DNA of 63,868 nucleotides, filler included, from Phoronis australis (lineage: Eukaryota > Animalia > Phoronida): NCBI GenBank assembly GCA_002633005.1. It is 4 parts of 4 records of this genome, joined end to end, with 100 filler letters (N's around TTAATTAATTAA, not from the genome) between each part and the next. Parts side by side here need not be neighbours in the genome. Positions count along the whole stretch, not along the records: positions 1 to 30,876 come from NMRA01000163.1; 3 more parts are not named here. One strand, written 5' to 3'. Of this stretch, positions 13,801-26,800 are shown one piece after another (within the stretch, counting starts at the first letter, position 1; each line of letters opens with the position of its first letter). The notes below the pieces were generated by a model, which saw only the letters and a program-made list of their open reading frames with translations, had not been told where the DNA came from and did no database searches. The position numbers and the translations under genes are program-made.

Positions 13801-16049
13801 TTATTCGTGGGTCGCAGCTTGTCGTTTAGGTATGGGTATGGCGTGCAAATAGACAAAAACGTGCAGTAATGAAATTTACAGACAATCGGCAAATCAACTA
13901 TTGTTTTCAAGTTGACACTTCCAGATTAATTGAAAAATCTACCAAGGCAGTTATCGATCACGGGAACCATTTTCTGATCCATATGTTGGGGGTCATCCTG
14001 ATGTGTTCCCGTTTTATGCATATCGGGATTCTACATACAGTGTATGTACGTGTCCCGGGTTCGGTATGACCACTTTTTAATGCATCGGAGAGAGGTCTAT
14101 GTGTCCTGGTGTGGTAGCTGTGATTGTCCCCCTGCAGAGAATGTCCTAGCTGCATATATTTGAATGCCGGTGTACTGGCACGTTAATCAGTGGATTAGCC
14201 GGATGCTTCATTCAAATACACGCAAGCCGGACAATTTCTCCAGGGGGACAATGGCTACTTTCACACCGAGTTCTGTGTGTCATTGGTCAGTGCTCGATGA
14301 GCCAAGAAAATTAACATACCCAAGTTCGCCGTTTGCGACCTAGCCGAAATTTCGAAAACCTGAAGGCGCATTTTCAAGAAGTGAGCTTGCATTCCATAAT
14401 TCCACGGGCATTGCTTTATCTGACAACGACCAGAATCCAATGCAACTAAGGAGAATGCATAAAAATAACACGTTACTTTATTACTTGTTGAGCTTATGCC
14501 CTAAATCAGGATCGAAAAGCACCTGAAAACTGTCATGAGGGCCTAAATGGCAAGTGTTAGTTGCTAAAACTTGCACACTCGTCCGCTTAATAATAATAAT
14601 AATAATAATACTAATTCTAATAATATCACTTGTTGTACATCGTAGGCTTTGCTTACTCATACAGAAATACATAAATTCAAAAGTATATTCACACGGACAG
14701 CAGTTCTTCTCTTAAAGCCATAGTCTTCTCAGTGAATATCCATTTGAATAAATGTGCGTCATCACGACTCGAACACTAATGTATGAGTATAACCCAAAGT
14801 AAAAGTACTGTAAAATACAACCGACACTTAAAACATATCCGGATTACAACTACCTGTACACCAAACATTTGCCACAGGTGGAGAACTGTAACAGCAATCA
14901 GCCAGACAAAATGTAATTAATGACAGAAGTTACGCACCTGTATCGTCCTTCATGTATCGGGTAAGACATCATCTCCTCACGGTGCGCGCTTTCAAGGAAA
15001 TGGCGGCAATCTGAAACAGCAGGCCGACCCACTCAAAGGGAAATATTCAAGGGTCATGCTATTACTTCTCAGGAGGGGTTATTGCGCTTTCCAATGAACT
15101 CCGAGCACACCATGTAATCGAAGTGCAACAACCAGGTAACCACGTCATTACACAATCCAGATCAATAAACTCGCCTTTTAGAGATACTGAATACCAAAAG
15201 AGTTTTCTCAATGGAAAATCGTGCCACATGTCATCTTGCAGTGAAGAAACGGGAGAGATATGAATGGAAACTTTCAAACACTAAACCGCATGGGGGCTAC
15301 GACGAAGTTAAATGCAGGTCGTCCGTCAGTCTTGATTCGTGAACAGAGATTTGCCTTAGGCCGGGTCGTGGTCTCTCAAACGGATAGGTCGGTGTTTTTT
15401 TGCTTCCTGTCTGCCAACTTTCGATTCAGGAACTCGTATTGCTTACCACTATTAGGCTTTGCCCGCCCGTGATTAACGCGAACCCTACCGGTCGTAGCAT
15501 GAGAATATCCATAGCCAAAAGTGATATGTAAAGTGTTGCTATAAATCTGTCTAAATAGTAAAGTAAATTTGTACAACTATATGCGAGAGTTTTCTATTTA
15601 ACCTATTAAAACGAGTCTTAAAAGCAAAATTAACATCAACAGACGCACGTGTACTACCTGGGAAGCTCATTTATATTGAGAAGCAAATTGTTGAAGGCAC
15701 TGTATTCATATGTCTTCACACAGGTCATATGTTGGTCACATCACGTGAAGACGAGTCAAACATGTAAATTGTTACTGTGGCACAATTAATTTTCTGTGCA
15801 AGTTACAAAAAAAACAACTATCGAGTTTAACATTATGTAAAATTTGAGCATTTGTTTCAATACTACATTTGTCTAAGGTTTCATTACAGAGCACGTGTCG
15901 GATCGAGTCTACACAGCCACTTGTCTTTGAAAGTTTATTATTGGAGTTCATAGTGATTATTTACAGTAACAACTTAATGACTTTGTAGAATGTACCCATT
16001 CTAGTAATGACGATAGTATTCTTCTATGTCATAATGTTTCCGATGTGAA

Positions 16050-16620
16050 AGTTTTGTAATATGCTGATGATATGGCTTTGTGTACTTAACTGTAAAAACT
16101 ACGGTGTGCTTTAAGTGAGTTCTGCCAGGAATGGAGCGTGTCTGTAAATTTAGTGAAGACCACAGTTATGGTGTTCAGAAACAGAGGTCCCTTGAGAAAT
16201 TGCGAGATGTGGTATTTTGCAGGTGAAAAACTCGAAGTGATTTCCATGCCAGCTACAAGTATCTTGGTGTTCACGCCAAAGTTATCGTGGACTATGGCTG
16301 CTCACACCCTGTCAGCCCAAGCCACGGAGGTAGCCATTACAGTCGACAAGCTACAAAGAAGCTGGACCATGTATTTCAACCACGTGTGGCTTCTGAGACA
16401 TTTGATAAAATAATTTACCCCAGCTCATGCTATGGAGCCGAAATATGGGGCTTACAAGAATACAACTGGTTAGAACAAGTGCAAATTAAATTTTGCAGGC
16501 GTGTATTGGCTGTAGCTAATTATGCTGAAACAATGCTGCACTGAGCGCATGTCGGCGGTTGCTGTTATTGACTAATCACTATGTTGCCGTAATCACGTAT
16601 TGGTTCAAACTTCTCAAAAT
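16050..16620 (+). pseudogene. Degenerate L2/CR1-group LINE reverse transcriptase fragment
   Basis: YADD at 16060-16071, then VNLVKTTVMVFRNRG..W, YKYL, FTPKLSW, CYGAEIWG, LEQVQIKFCRRVL, YWFKLLKM across frameshifts. Homologous to the 29.5-30.9-kb LINE. Confidence 0.85.
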
Positions 16621-16907
16621 GTCTCCTCGCATGACTTTGACCAAAATGGTCGGCACTCCCGAAATTGAGCCACATCACTTAGACTTATACAGCCGATTTC
16701 ATAAAGGTGGTTTAAAGTTAAACCTGGTTTAAACTGGACTTAGACCGGGCTTAAAGATAATCCGCATTTCATAAAGGTGGCTTAACTTTTAGACCAGAGG
16801 TCTAGTAAAACCTGGTTTAACCCCAATTTAGACCTGGTCTAAGTCAGTTTTCATTTCACCAACGAAGTCTATATTCTTTAGATCTGTATTAAAAGATCTT
16901 AAACCAG

Positions 16908-17301
16908 GGCTCGGTCACCAATCTTTTTACTCGAAATGGAACTCGAAATTAGGTTTGGCATTTTCTACTCTACTTTTGGGCGAAATCAAGATAAGTGTCC
17001 ATTATTCTGTGCTCGAGTACACAATAACTTACGTAGATAATATATTGTCCTTAGTTTGTAAACCCAATATTAAAGCAACAAGTTCGAGTTTGAACTCGAA
17101 ATTTCGAGTTTTTACTCGAGTTTGTAGCACGAATATAAGGGTCTTCAAAAGCAAACTTGAACTAGAAGCTCCTATGCATAAACTATAATGTATTCGAGCA
17201 CAGTCTGATAACCAATTATCTTAAGTTCGCACAAAAGGAGCAGAGAAATTGCCAAAAATAGTTTCGAGTTCGTTTCGAGTACAAAGATTAGAGACCGGGC
17301 C
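16908..17301. mobile_element. PIF/Harbinger-type MITE nested in the 16690-18261 element
   Basis: ~40-bp TIRs: GGCTCGGTCACCAATCTTTTTACTCGAAA versus reverse complement GGCCCGGTCTCTAATCTTTGTACTCGAAA. 3-bp TSD CAG (16905-16907, 17302-17304). Removing it restores the host motif AAACCAGGTTTAA. Confidence 0.82.
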
Positions 17302-17472
17302 CAGGTTTAACTTTAGACTTGGTCAGACCTAGGTTTAACTGTTAAATATGATAGACTTGCATGATATAGATGCAACTGAATGAGGCCACGGTGTGCATTT
17401 ACGACGCAGTTTTAGAGCGAAAATGGAGTATTTTCAATATTCAGTTTTACGACGACACAAGATCAAACGTAG

Positions 17473-17627
17473 CAGGGGCGGATCCACGACTATTAAGGGG
17501 AGGGGGTCGGTCAAGGACTTTTTAAAAGGGGGGACCAAGTCAACAATTTGAAAATTATAGATTTGATCTCACTAAAATCAAGCAAAAAGGAAGTCCGGAC
17601 CTCTTGACCCCCTTTGATCCACCTATG
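17473..17627. mobile_element. Small MITE with CAGGGGCGGATCCA-type termini
   Basis: CAGGGGCGGATCCA ... TGATCCACCTATG imperfect TIRs with G-rich and C-rich interior. TSD unclear. Confidence 0.55.
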
Positions 17628-19257
17628 TGTAGACCAGTTCGTCCTGGATAGTGTCCTGCAGATTCTTCAGAATACGACTGGTCGAGCAGGGCGTCATCGT
17701 CATAAGCGCTTACATGTACCTACGGGTTTGACTGAACACAGCATTTTCTGATTCTTCTGAGTTCCACCTCCATTGGTCTCCGATTTAATGTTGCCGGGAA
17801 GGGGTCTTGCCCCCACCCCTTTGGCCGCGAAAAATAAACACTAAAATGGCACGGAAATAAGTTTGGACATTGATGATGTTACGGCTAATCGTGAGCATGT
17901 ACTTTAATGTGTGTATACGTGTTTTGGTCACACAAATTACATTTTTCCTCATGAGAAAAGCTTTTACACCTTTTTCGAAAATGTCTGCACTGATTCTACT
18001 AGTGTGCGCCATTGTATGCCCACGTGATCAAGGTTTCATTGAAGCACTTCAATAGTTTTTTGTTGGGTAAATCCAGATCGACACAGCAGGGTGGCTTAGA
18101 TACTTCAAACCTGGTTTTACTAAACCGGCTCCCTCGTATAACAAAACCAGGCTTTCAGACTTTGAAACCACGTTGGTGAAATGCAAATTGAGTATAAAAT
18201 TAGACCAGGTGTAGGAAGATTTAAACCTGGTTTTGTTAAACCACCTTCATGAAATCGGCGGTAGTTGTTTGATTTTTAGCTGACCCTAAGACACGGGGTA
18301 GTTGTCCTGATTCATTGATAGAGAAGACCGTTTTGTAAGTAGTCGTGTGACCTGTTCTCTCAATCTGAACCCTATCGGAACCCACATATTAATCAAAATA
18401 GACAATGTCAATGGGGCAAACCAACTTGAAAAGCAGTGTTGCATTTCAAAGGTCACCCATATAAATAAATATAACAGTACATATTTCTTAAAACTTCTCC
18501 ATATGCTATATGGACAATCACTAATCCAATGGGATGCACTCTATACTCTATAGAAACTTTACCAGGCAGTTCCTACCCGCGTCGACTTGTACCCAGGCCA
18601 TGTACCATATTTTATAATGGCAACATTGGGTCAATGTACCTAGACATGAAATGGTTGTTTCCACTTCACGCATCGCCCTACAAAATAAAACTGTTTTGGA
18701 ATCACGTGTACATTGATATGGGTCCGAGTTGACGTGGCCCTTGAGTACGAAAATGAAGTGACCTGTTCTATAACCTATAGAATTATCTCCCCCCCCGAGG
18801 TGAGAAAGTCTAAATTATAAAATTCGTTCATCCCCTTAACATTTCACAGTCGTTTATTCCAAAGTGGCTCTGATTCATTCCCTTGCATGCATTTATTTAC
18901 TCACTAGTAACACCTAGCTCAGTCTCAGAGAAGTAGGAGACAATTTTGTGCAAAGCTCAATATAATGTCTGCCAGTGAATGCCAGGATTCGAGTCTCACG
19001 AGCTCAAACCACTGAGCCACACTGTTTACAAATAATCAGAGACCAAACACTTTTTGCTAAAATGCAAAGAATCCCTATTTTTTATCACTGAAACTGGTAT
19101 TAATCCACGGCTGAAACACGATTCAACAGTGGACATGTGGGCGCCTGGGACTGACTGGTAAAGCACCAACTGAATTTCGATTTAAAAAAGACCATGTAAT
19201 AATTCGCGGTTGTAGGCATACATATTTTAATATATATTATTAAAATTATATTCTTAC

Positions 19258-19530
19258 CAGTCACTGACATTTAATTGCAACTCCTGCACACCTTCTGCCT
19301 GTAGATGTTTGCTGGACGAACCGGCAGGGGCTGAGTCTTTGACGACCGGCGCAAGGGAGAACGGCTCTACTACAGAAAAGCTGTGAACACAAATTGTTGC
19401 TATGGGATCTGTCACCTCCTCCTCTACGTCCGAATGGTCGGAATCATCTGAAAAGCCCACGTGTCCGTCTCTGTATTTTTCAAAGTATTTCTCATCTACG
19501 CTGCTATACTCACTTGGACAAACATTGTTT
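19258..19530 (-). pseudogene. Acidic exon-1 remnant resembling Kolobok accessory (P2X7-ballast-like/KolX) proteins
   Basis: Acidic SDDSDHSDVEEE...EPFSLAP...LNVSDW, ending TG|gtaaga (phase-2 intron splitting Trp). This matches the layout that precedes the Cys-rich domain in this family. Exon 2 was not found. Confidence 0.35.
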
Positions 19531-19853
19531 CCTTTGTGTTCCCTTACATCACGTCACAGATGTGTAACGAACGAAAATGGCACCGTTTCTATTCTTCGTT
19601 ACAACAATGGCGTTACCACGGCACTAAATATGTAAATAACTTTGTATAGCGACGTACAATTCAGTTAAAGTTAAGAATATAGCAATTATAATTATAATTA
19701 TAAACAAGATTTTAGACCATATTGTTGTTCAGTTTGGTTAGGTCCTGGCAATTTCCTCTTTAAGTAATTTGCGGAAGAGATATGAAGGGTGAGCTTGCCA
19801 TTTTGGTAACAGGTCAGTTACCTGTAAACCTACTGCAGTGGCAGATTTAGAGG

Positions 19854-19987
19854 GGGACCAAGGAGGCCATGCCACCCTAAAGTTCTCCCAGATTAAATGT
19901 AGTAATTCGGGGTGTAAATCTCTGAGGGCAAAATCCTGGCTAATACTTTGCCCGCCCCCCAACTCAAAATCCTGGATCCGTCCCTGA
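19854..19987. mobile_element. Small MITE of the same CAGxGGCGGATC class
   Basis: CAGTGGCAGATTTAG ... CTGGATCCGTCCCTG imperfect inverted ends. A related left end lies at ~23804. Confidence 0.5.
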
Positions 19988-22259
19988 TCAAGGTTTTGCA
20001 GCACTAGCTGGAGCATAGAGCAGATCTTACGCAGTACGTTTTGTTTGAGTAGACTTGAGTACGTGCGGCCGAAATTAATAAAGTGATTAACTCGAACCAG
20101 TCTTCAGCCTATCGTCGCACCGAAAACTACTAAACACCGGTCAGCGATAACCTGTGTCCGCCCATCCACGGAGTAAACCGTGACATATTCATTATAAAAT
20201 TTGCAAACAGATGCGTGCTGACTAAGTACGTTTTATGAATAAAACAGATAAAAAAGAATATAGATGGCACACCCCTATTAAAACCGCAATTTCTTATTTT
20301 TTTCTTTTCATTCTTTTATTCATATCATGACTACATTGCAATAAGCGTTAGTTTTCCACAAGCTCATTCATTCACACATTCCGATGAGAAAACCAACCAG
20401 TTTCCTATCTTAAGAGTACAGTGCACCTCAGACCAGGCAAAAAGCCATCAATGGGTGATAACCCTATGTCACGGATTTGAGTCATACTATGCGTTGCAGT
20501 TTACTTTCTTATGTCATACTACTGAAATGTAGTTTAAACATTACCTACTCTGATAAGTACATGTAGCTTAAATGTCCGGCACATCAGTTTTCACTCACAA
20601 TCACTGTCAAATTTTACCATGAAATCTCATTTTTGTGGTATTGTAAAAATTATAGAAGCTGCTGGACAGTGAAATAGTTTGTGTTTGGAATTAATTCGTC
20701 CATGGTCTCCATGATAATAATAAATAAAAGTTGGAAATATTGCCTGAAATTTCTGAGGATAACGATGTCAAAAAGCAAAAACACAGAAAACTTAAACAAC
20801 TTGAGCGTGCGAATCTCAGCTGAAGCCTAATTTTAGACTCGAAAACGTAGTTGTTGTTGTTTTTGGATTAGATAGTTTTATGATCGACATATGTACCCAA
20901 AACTACCGACCAACGTATGTCTACGCACAGCAATGAGTCAATGTTGACAGCCACCTCAGACAGAGAGAGCCCTTGCAGCAGGCACAGCTTATCTGTGAAA
21001 ATCCTGTCTTGATATCCAAAGTGCTCAAAATTGTTTTTCAAAAATTTGGTTCATTTCATAGAATGTAATAAAATTAAAATATTTGATTTTCCTGTGAATT
21101 ACCTTTTTCTTAAGAAGTCCTGCAGTTACTACTAATGTCACCAAACGAAAAATGGCTGTCGAGGAAGATGAAGCAGCCAGTGTTCACTGGAGTCTTTATG
21201 TTAATCTGGTTAGTGGGACTTCAATGTAATACACAAACCAGTAAGCAATTGAAACATTTGCTAAATCTAATTAGTCGATAACAGATCTTCTAAAACATGT
21301 TAAATCAGACCTCGTCCCGTTCACTGCAGACGGAGAGGCAGCTGAATTTTGCCAGAGTGGGCTTGCTTACCACCGTTTGCTCTCAGAATTGATTGTTTGT
21401 GGAAAACATCGAGCTCAGTTTGGAATCAGATGGAGACCAAGAAAAACATGTACCCACCCTCAATTGTAGAGTCTGAGTTTGGGGTATCAGAGGAAATTTC
21501 CCAAAGAATTGCTCGAGGAACAGAATGTACTGAGCTTGGGTCAGGTGACTTGCTATGCAGGTCATAAGTGTTCCAACAATTTTAGAAATGTAGTTGGTAC
21601 ATGCCTTTTTGCTTTATTAGGACAACAGTTTGAAGGGTCACAACAATACTCTTGACTCCATTGATACCCTATGGTGTAGCCACCACGCGCGTTCAATGCT
21701 GATGAATAACATAAAGCCTCCTCTAATCTTCTGGACAATCCTGTCAGCTACATGTACGAAACAGCACGCGGGCGAAGTTCGCCGGGTACGACCAGGTAAT
21801 TATATGAAGCGCGTTGAACGGGAAGCAAAATTCAGAATAATTACTAATTTAGTTATCCTTGAAATTAGCAGTGGTACCAGTAGCTACAGCGATTCCGTTT
21901 CTGTTGTCAGCCTATATCCTGTCTTTAACGGAGAGGCTGGGGCTGGACCTTTTCCGCGTCGGATCGAACCCCCGCGAACCCCCTGGCTACGGGCCTGCAT
22001 TTGTTCAAATTTAGTTTAATAAAGTTGAGGGCACACTGCTTACTCTCACGCTCTTAATGCTCATGACTATTTTTAAGTCTGTTGAATTAAATGTAACCAG
22101 GTGGCCACAATAATCTATCTTATTCTGATGCTGGTGTTTGAATGAATGACACCGAAACATGTCAAGTCGTCTTAAAACCGTAGTTATTTTACTGAAAAAT
22201 GTAACCAACTTTGAAAAGTAGAAGAGAACTCTAGTGTCAACTTTTATTTATTTGATAAC

Positions 22260-22700
22260 TCTGCTTTACCCTGCATTGTGAACAACAATTTCTGAGAGTA
22301 GCATTTCAAGCATTTTTTCACGACGATTCTTAGAAAGAAGGCAAACTGAAACGCGACTACTGTAATGTCAGTGGAATTGAATGTAATCAACCTTGTGTAG
22401 TACAAGAGAAAGTCTGTGTACATATGTATTTATCTGATAACGATTTTATACCCTGCATTGAGAACAACTCCGAGGCACAGTTTTCAAGCATTTTTCTTGA
22501 CAATTCTTGGACAGAGTGTAATCTGAAACTCGACTGTTGTAATGTCAGTTGAATTAAATGTAACCAACCTTGCATGTAAAAATCTGATGAGAATTCTTCA
22601 CTCTGCATTGAGAACAACAATGTCGAGGCATAGTTTTCCAAGCAATTGTTCATGACGATTCCTGGAAAGAACGCAAACTGACATGCTTCGGCCCTCAGTA
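22260..22700. repeat. Degenerate tandem repeat, ~150-180-bp units x3
   Basis: CTGCATTG(T/A)GAACAAC...TTCAAGCA...GACGATTC recurs at ~22270, 22450, 22600. Confidence 0.65.
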
Positions 22701-25700
22701 ACAGTAGCAAAGAATATGCATTTGAAAACTGCACTCGTCAGATATTGTCACTCAACAGATGTTTCATGCATTTATAGATAACTTTATTCGACGTTATTAT
22801 GGAGATAAGAAAATGCGTGATCTAGTTTTTGAAATCAAGCACATTTTCGTGTCTCTCATTAATGTCGGGAAGGCAAAGAATTTCAAATCACGCATCCACG
22901 GATATTTGTCCAGTTTATAAAACTTTTCACGTCGGTGTTGCAGCCCACACCACAACACACTTCGTTAGCATAGGAAGAACGAATAGAGTAATCTAAGCGA
23001 GAAAAACTTGTGAAACTCCAGCGGCTCGAAAACGAGGCAGCAAATGTGCCTAACGAATTTTTACGGCATTGTGGGTAAATACAGCGAGATTCGAGTGTCG
23101 CTGTGTAATCCGGGACGGCCCTATTGCCATGAACCGCAAGTATACAGTACTAACTGCGTGTTTTAATTCTACTAGATATGTGTGCTTCGACCGTACAGTT
23201 AATAGCGGAAAGTGACCGAGAAACAATCTTAACAAACTTCAGCACGTGCATTGTACTCAAGTAAATAACCCCGGCATACATGTAAATCCTGAAGGTTACT
23301 GGAGTGATACACTGACTTATTCAGTTTTGACAGTGGCGTTATTTTGAACTCGGGAGACGATGTGTGTGCGTTAAAACATTGCCTTTCGTTATCCGTAGGA
23401 TTCACAAAGGATTGTAGGTGATACTCAAACATTAAACAAAGAACGTGAGATGCCATTGCTTGAGAGAACGCTTGTCGGTCGTCCCGCCGGTTTCAGGCTG
23501 TAGCGCAGCTTAGAAAACTCTAAAACGTTACTCAGCTACACGTACTTAGAAATTTGAACACACCTCTTAGCCGAGTACAGATATTTCATCGCTTATTTCT
23601 CTCCGACCTAGTTCTAAATGTCGTCTTGTCTTTTAAGCCGGCGTTTTCCTTCAAAATAATTCTACGTTTCAAACACTCACAGACGCCTTGCTAAGCGAGG
23701 CCATCTAATTTTATAAGCACGAGACACAATAACTCATTTCTCCGACTCCGGCAAGTGTGCAAAAACCCCATTAATTGGTCCAGTCTCGTAAAGTTTACGT
23801 AAGCAGTGGAGGATTTAGGGGGGAGGGGGCAACGGGGGGACATTGACCCCCTAAAATTTTCTCAGATTTCATCTGGCGGCTGGGGGGTTCGAATGTCTGC
23901 CTAGCTTTATTGGCAAGATTCTCGCGCTCACAGAACTCAACCCCTGTTTTCTGCTTTTCCACAAATCGAATTTGTCGTTCGATTCCATTTTTGACTCCGA
24001 CTTCGCCGGAATCTTCGCTCACTCAAGCCAAAAATATAACACGTGCACAAGTACAGGCAAGTGTTCACCGTCTGAAAGGTGGAGTGGCAGAAAAGATTTT
24101 TTTACAGCTCAAGCTGAATCAGAATCATCCGGTTTTAGGCTGGTAATTGACCAGTTACGAAAATCAGTATCAGGTGCACGCGAAAAAAGTTAAATTGTTA
24201 CCGTGACGTGTTGCGTAAAAATCGGTTTCAGCTTATAAAAACCAAGACTGAGTCATTTTCTATGATATGTTGTACCAATTCATAAATTGGGGCACCAATT
24301 TAGCACAACTGTAGACTTAGTATTTATACTCAGATAGTGCGCATTTCAGTTTTGTCATGCTGTATTGTCTAGCGTATTTTAGAAAACTGGCAAAAGAATG
24401 AATTGCAGTTGCTGTAAAAAACGTGCGTACTTCGGAATTTTGTTCTAACATTTAGTTATTTTATACTTTCAATCTGTCATTTGTCATGTTTTCTGAATTT
24501 TAACCTATCATCGTAATACGTATGGCATTGCGCACCTGTAGTGACGTAAGCAATATTGGGGGACTCAGACTGATTTGTTTATGTCCGGCAAACCCCCCCC
24601 CCACCGTGGTTCCAAGTTTCATATTTCAATTCACAACCCTGCCGTAGCCTGAGCAGAGTTTGCTGATGGAGGATAGGGTTGAGAAACCCCGGGGAGAGGC
24701 TGTCACCAAAGGTTGTATAATTTCACAAAAACAGGAAAAGGGGGTAATTGATTACATCGTTGAGCTTCCTTCTCCGTGTGTTGCTTAGTAAAAAGAAAGG
24801 GTGTACATGCTATTAACGGCCCCCCTTGAAATACTGAATCCTTATACTCTACATCTGTACATACGAAAGGATATGTAATTAAAAAAAAACGGAATTGAGC
24901 AGAAGTTTGTGGCTTTTCAAACATAGCCGAACAGTAGGACAAAGTCGCCATCTTTTTGTATTACCTCACTTAAGTAAGCCATGTACGTACATGCAGACTG
25001 AAATCTTACAAGCGTCAGACAAAGTCCCGTTGTGAAGTACCACATACGTAACACCTTGATGATAACCGATTTGGACGGAAATCCAATTTGTCTCCTATAC
25101 TATAAAACACCTAATGGTGTTATCGCATGTGGATTCCTAGCTCTCCGCCAGGTTTGCAATTTTTTCAATTTATATACATTTTCAAAAAAAAAAACACGGA
25201 ATAAAGAGAGAACAAATGAATCAAGCTTGCATCACTTGACGGAGAGGGTTCATTGCACAAAGGCAGTGTCTTCTTGAATTAAATGAGATTAATTAAATTT
25301 CCCTTGAAAATCTGTGCATCACTCATTTTCTAACAACACGTTTCCAAGGGCATTCGGATTGTCTATGGATCAAAAACCTTGACCATTCTAACAAAAACGT
25401 CCTGGCCAGTGCCTTCCAAGAATAAATACAACCCTGGTAGCTGACAAATGTTTTCTAAGGTTTATTTCTTATACACTTCGTGTTATGTCTTCCTTTGAGA
25501 CTGCCCCTGACGCCAGCTCTACGCCTGTGCCGGTTGTTGTGGTCTCGCCCTGTCGTCCTGACGCCTGCTAATAACTGAGTGGGCACGCCCCCCGCTTCCA
25601 GCGGTCCCGTTGGTTTGACCCGAGATGTTGAATTTTTAAACAAGTGAAACATAACTGTATACTGTGAACATTGATGATGAAAACCGTTGCAGTGCACAGA

Positions 25701-26339
25701 AGAAATTATACAACAGAGTCATCTCGTGGAAAATTCAAAAGAGAATGTTGGCAAGGACAAGGGTTAACGAAAATGAATTTGATTATGACCTTGTCACCTT
25801 CATCGTGCGTAGTGGGATACTGCGAGAGACAGTGAGCAGTAAGAAAAATCGTGGGTAGTAAGATACTGCGTGCAAGTATTGCGTCACGAAGGATTGCAAC
25901 CAGCAAGTATAGTACCGCAGCACAGAGTGTGTTAGTTGGAGGATCGACCTGCAGGACTGTCATCCACTGAGGTGTCGAGTCCTATATCTTGGATAGCAGA
26001 TTAGACGTTTGATTATTTATAGTTAATTGACTGAAATAATCCTTACAGCTGGCGCTAACGTGGTTACTCTTCTTCATTTTTAGTCTAAATAATTGGTTTC
26101 ACTTCTTTTAGTTAGTGGTTATCATATAATAAATTAATTACTGGATTTAACCATTCTCTCTCTATTCATTTACAGTCACAAAACAAACAAATTAACAGTC
26201 AACTTCTGACACTACTTATAGACATTTTTGTATTATTTGCTGTAGAAACCACTTCTATAACGATGCATCAGTGCGTTTGCAGAAGAATATTAAGTCATGG
26301 AATAAAGTTAACACACGCCTTCTCAATCTACGCCGCAGT

Positions 26340-26800
26340 AATTTATTGACCAAAATGCATGAATTTCTATGAAACAATTGGTAGATATCAAGGCAAACAC
26401 AAAATAAAATATAATAGCCAACAGGGGACACCACAGTCGTCGGATATGTCCAAAAATTAGGTCAGTTGAAGTCTCTTCAATGAATTCAGATTTCATTAAG
26501 ATCCACCAAGGTAGTCGGTAGAGAATGAGGACTGGGAAAAACGAAATTGCCAGTAGAGGTCGTCAGATCTGTCTGAAAATCGTCTTCAGCCATGCACTTT
26601 CGAAAAGAAACACGTACGCATATGGAAATTTTTATGATTCTTAAAACAGTTTGATGGAAAGGCCGCCACGACAAAAAACAACAACTCAAATGGCTACTAG
26701 GTGGTGTACGATAAAACCTACCCGTAATTAAAAAGAAATTATGTAGTCTTTAATGGAAACCAATTCTCAAACTTTATGAAAATCCGTCAAAGAACTCCAA
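26340..26800 (-). mobile_element. Highly degraded HINE-family repeat fragment
   Basis: Diverged subunits AAATTGCCAGTAGAGGTC, ATGGCTACTAGGTGGTG and CAAACTTTATGAAAATCCGTC. Confidence 0.55.

Larger units (their letters stand above)
1..15000. repeat. Diverged head-to-tail tandem array of a ~2-kb non-coding unit (several full or partial copies, interrupted by younger TEs)
   Basis: Anchors recur in the same order. ATTCGTGTYAGTGGTCC-like starts at ~3, 5447, 6318, 13002. GGGTATGGGTATGGC-like blocks at ~2490, 4232, 6261, 7302, 10890, 13829. GTCGGTCATRTTTTGATG..GTAGTAAAACC-like ends at ~3840, 5350, 12925; the last two run directly into the next start. Confidence 0.8.
16690..18261. mobile_element. MITE with TIRs and AAACCWGGTTTAA/AGACC subterminal repeats; hosts two nested MITEs
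   Basis: Left end CAGCCGATTTCATAAAGGTGGTTTAA versus right-end reverse complement CCGCCGATTTCATGAAGGTGGTTTAA. Flanked by TA on both sides (16688-16689, 18262-18263). Confidence 0.75.

Noticed and set aside
18915-19022. tRNA gene or tRNA-derived SINE head on minus (TGGCTCAGTGG...GACTCGAATCC)
   Set aside because: The A/B-box-like spacing is too short and there is no cloverleaf; at most a decayed SINE.
21349-22019. Short ORFs of 60-129 aa
   Set aside because: No motifs, and lengths are within chance expectation; the same applies to most of the ORF track.
25664-25963. Possible Crypton/DUF3504-like remnant
   Set aside because: Too degenerate to support by eye.
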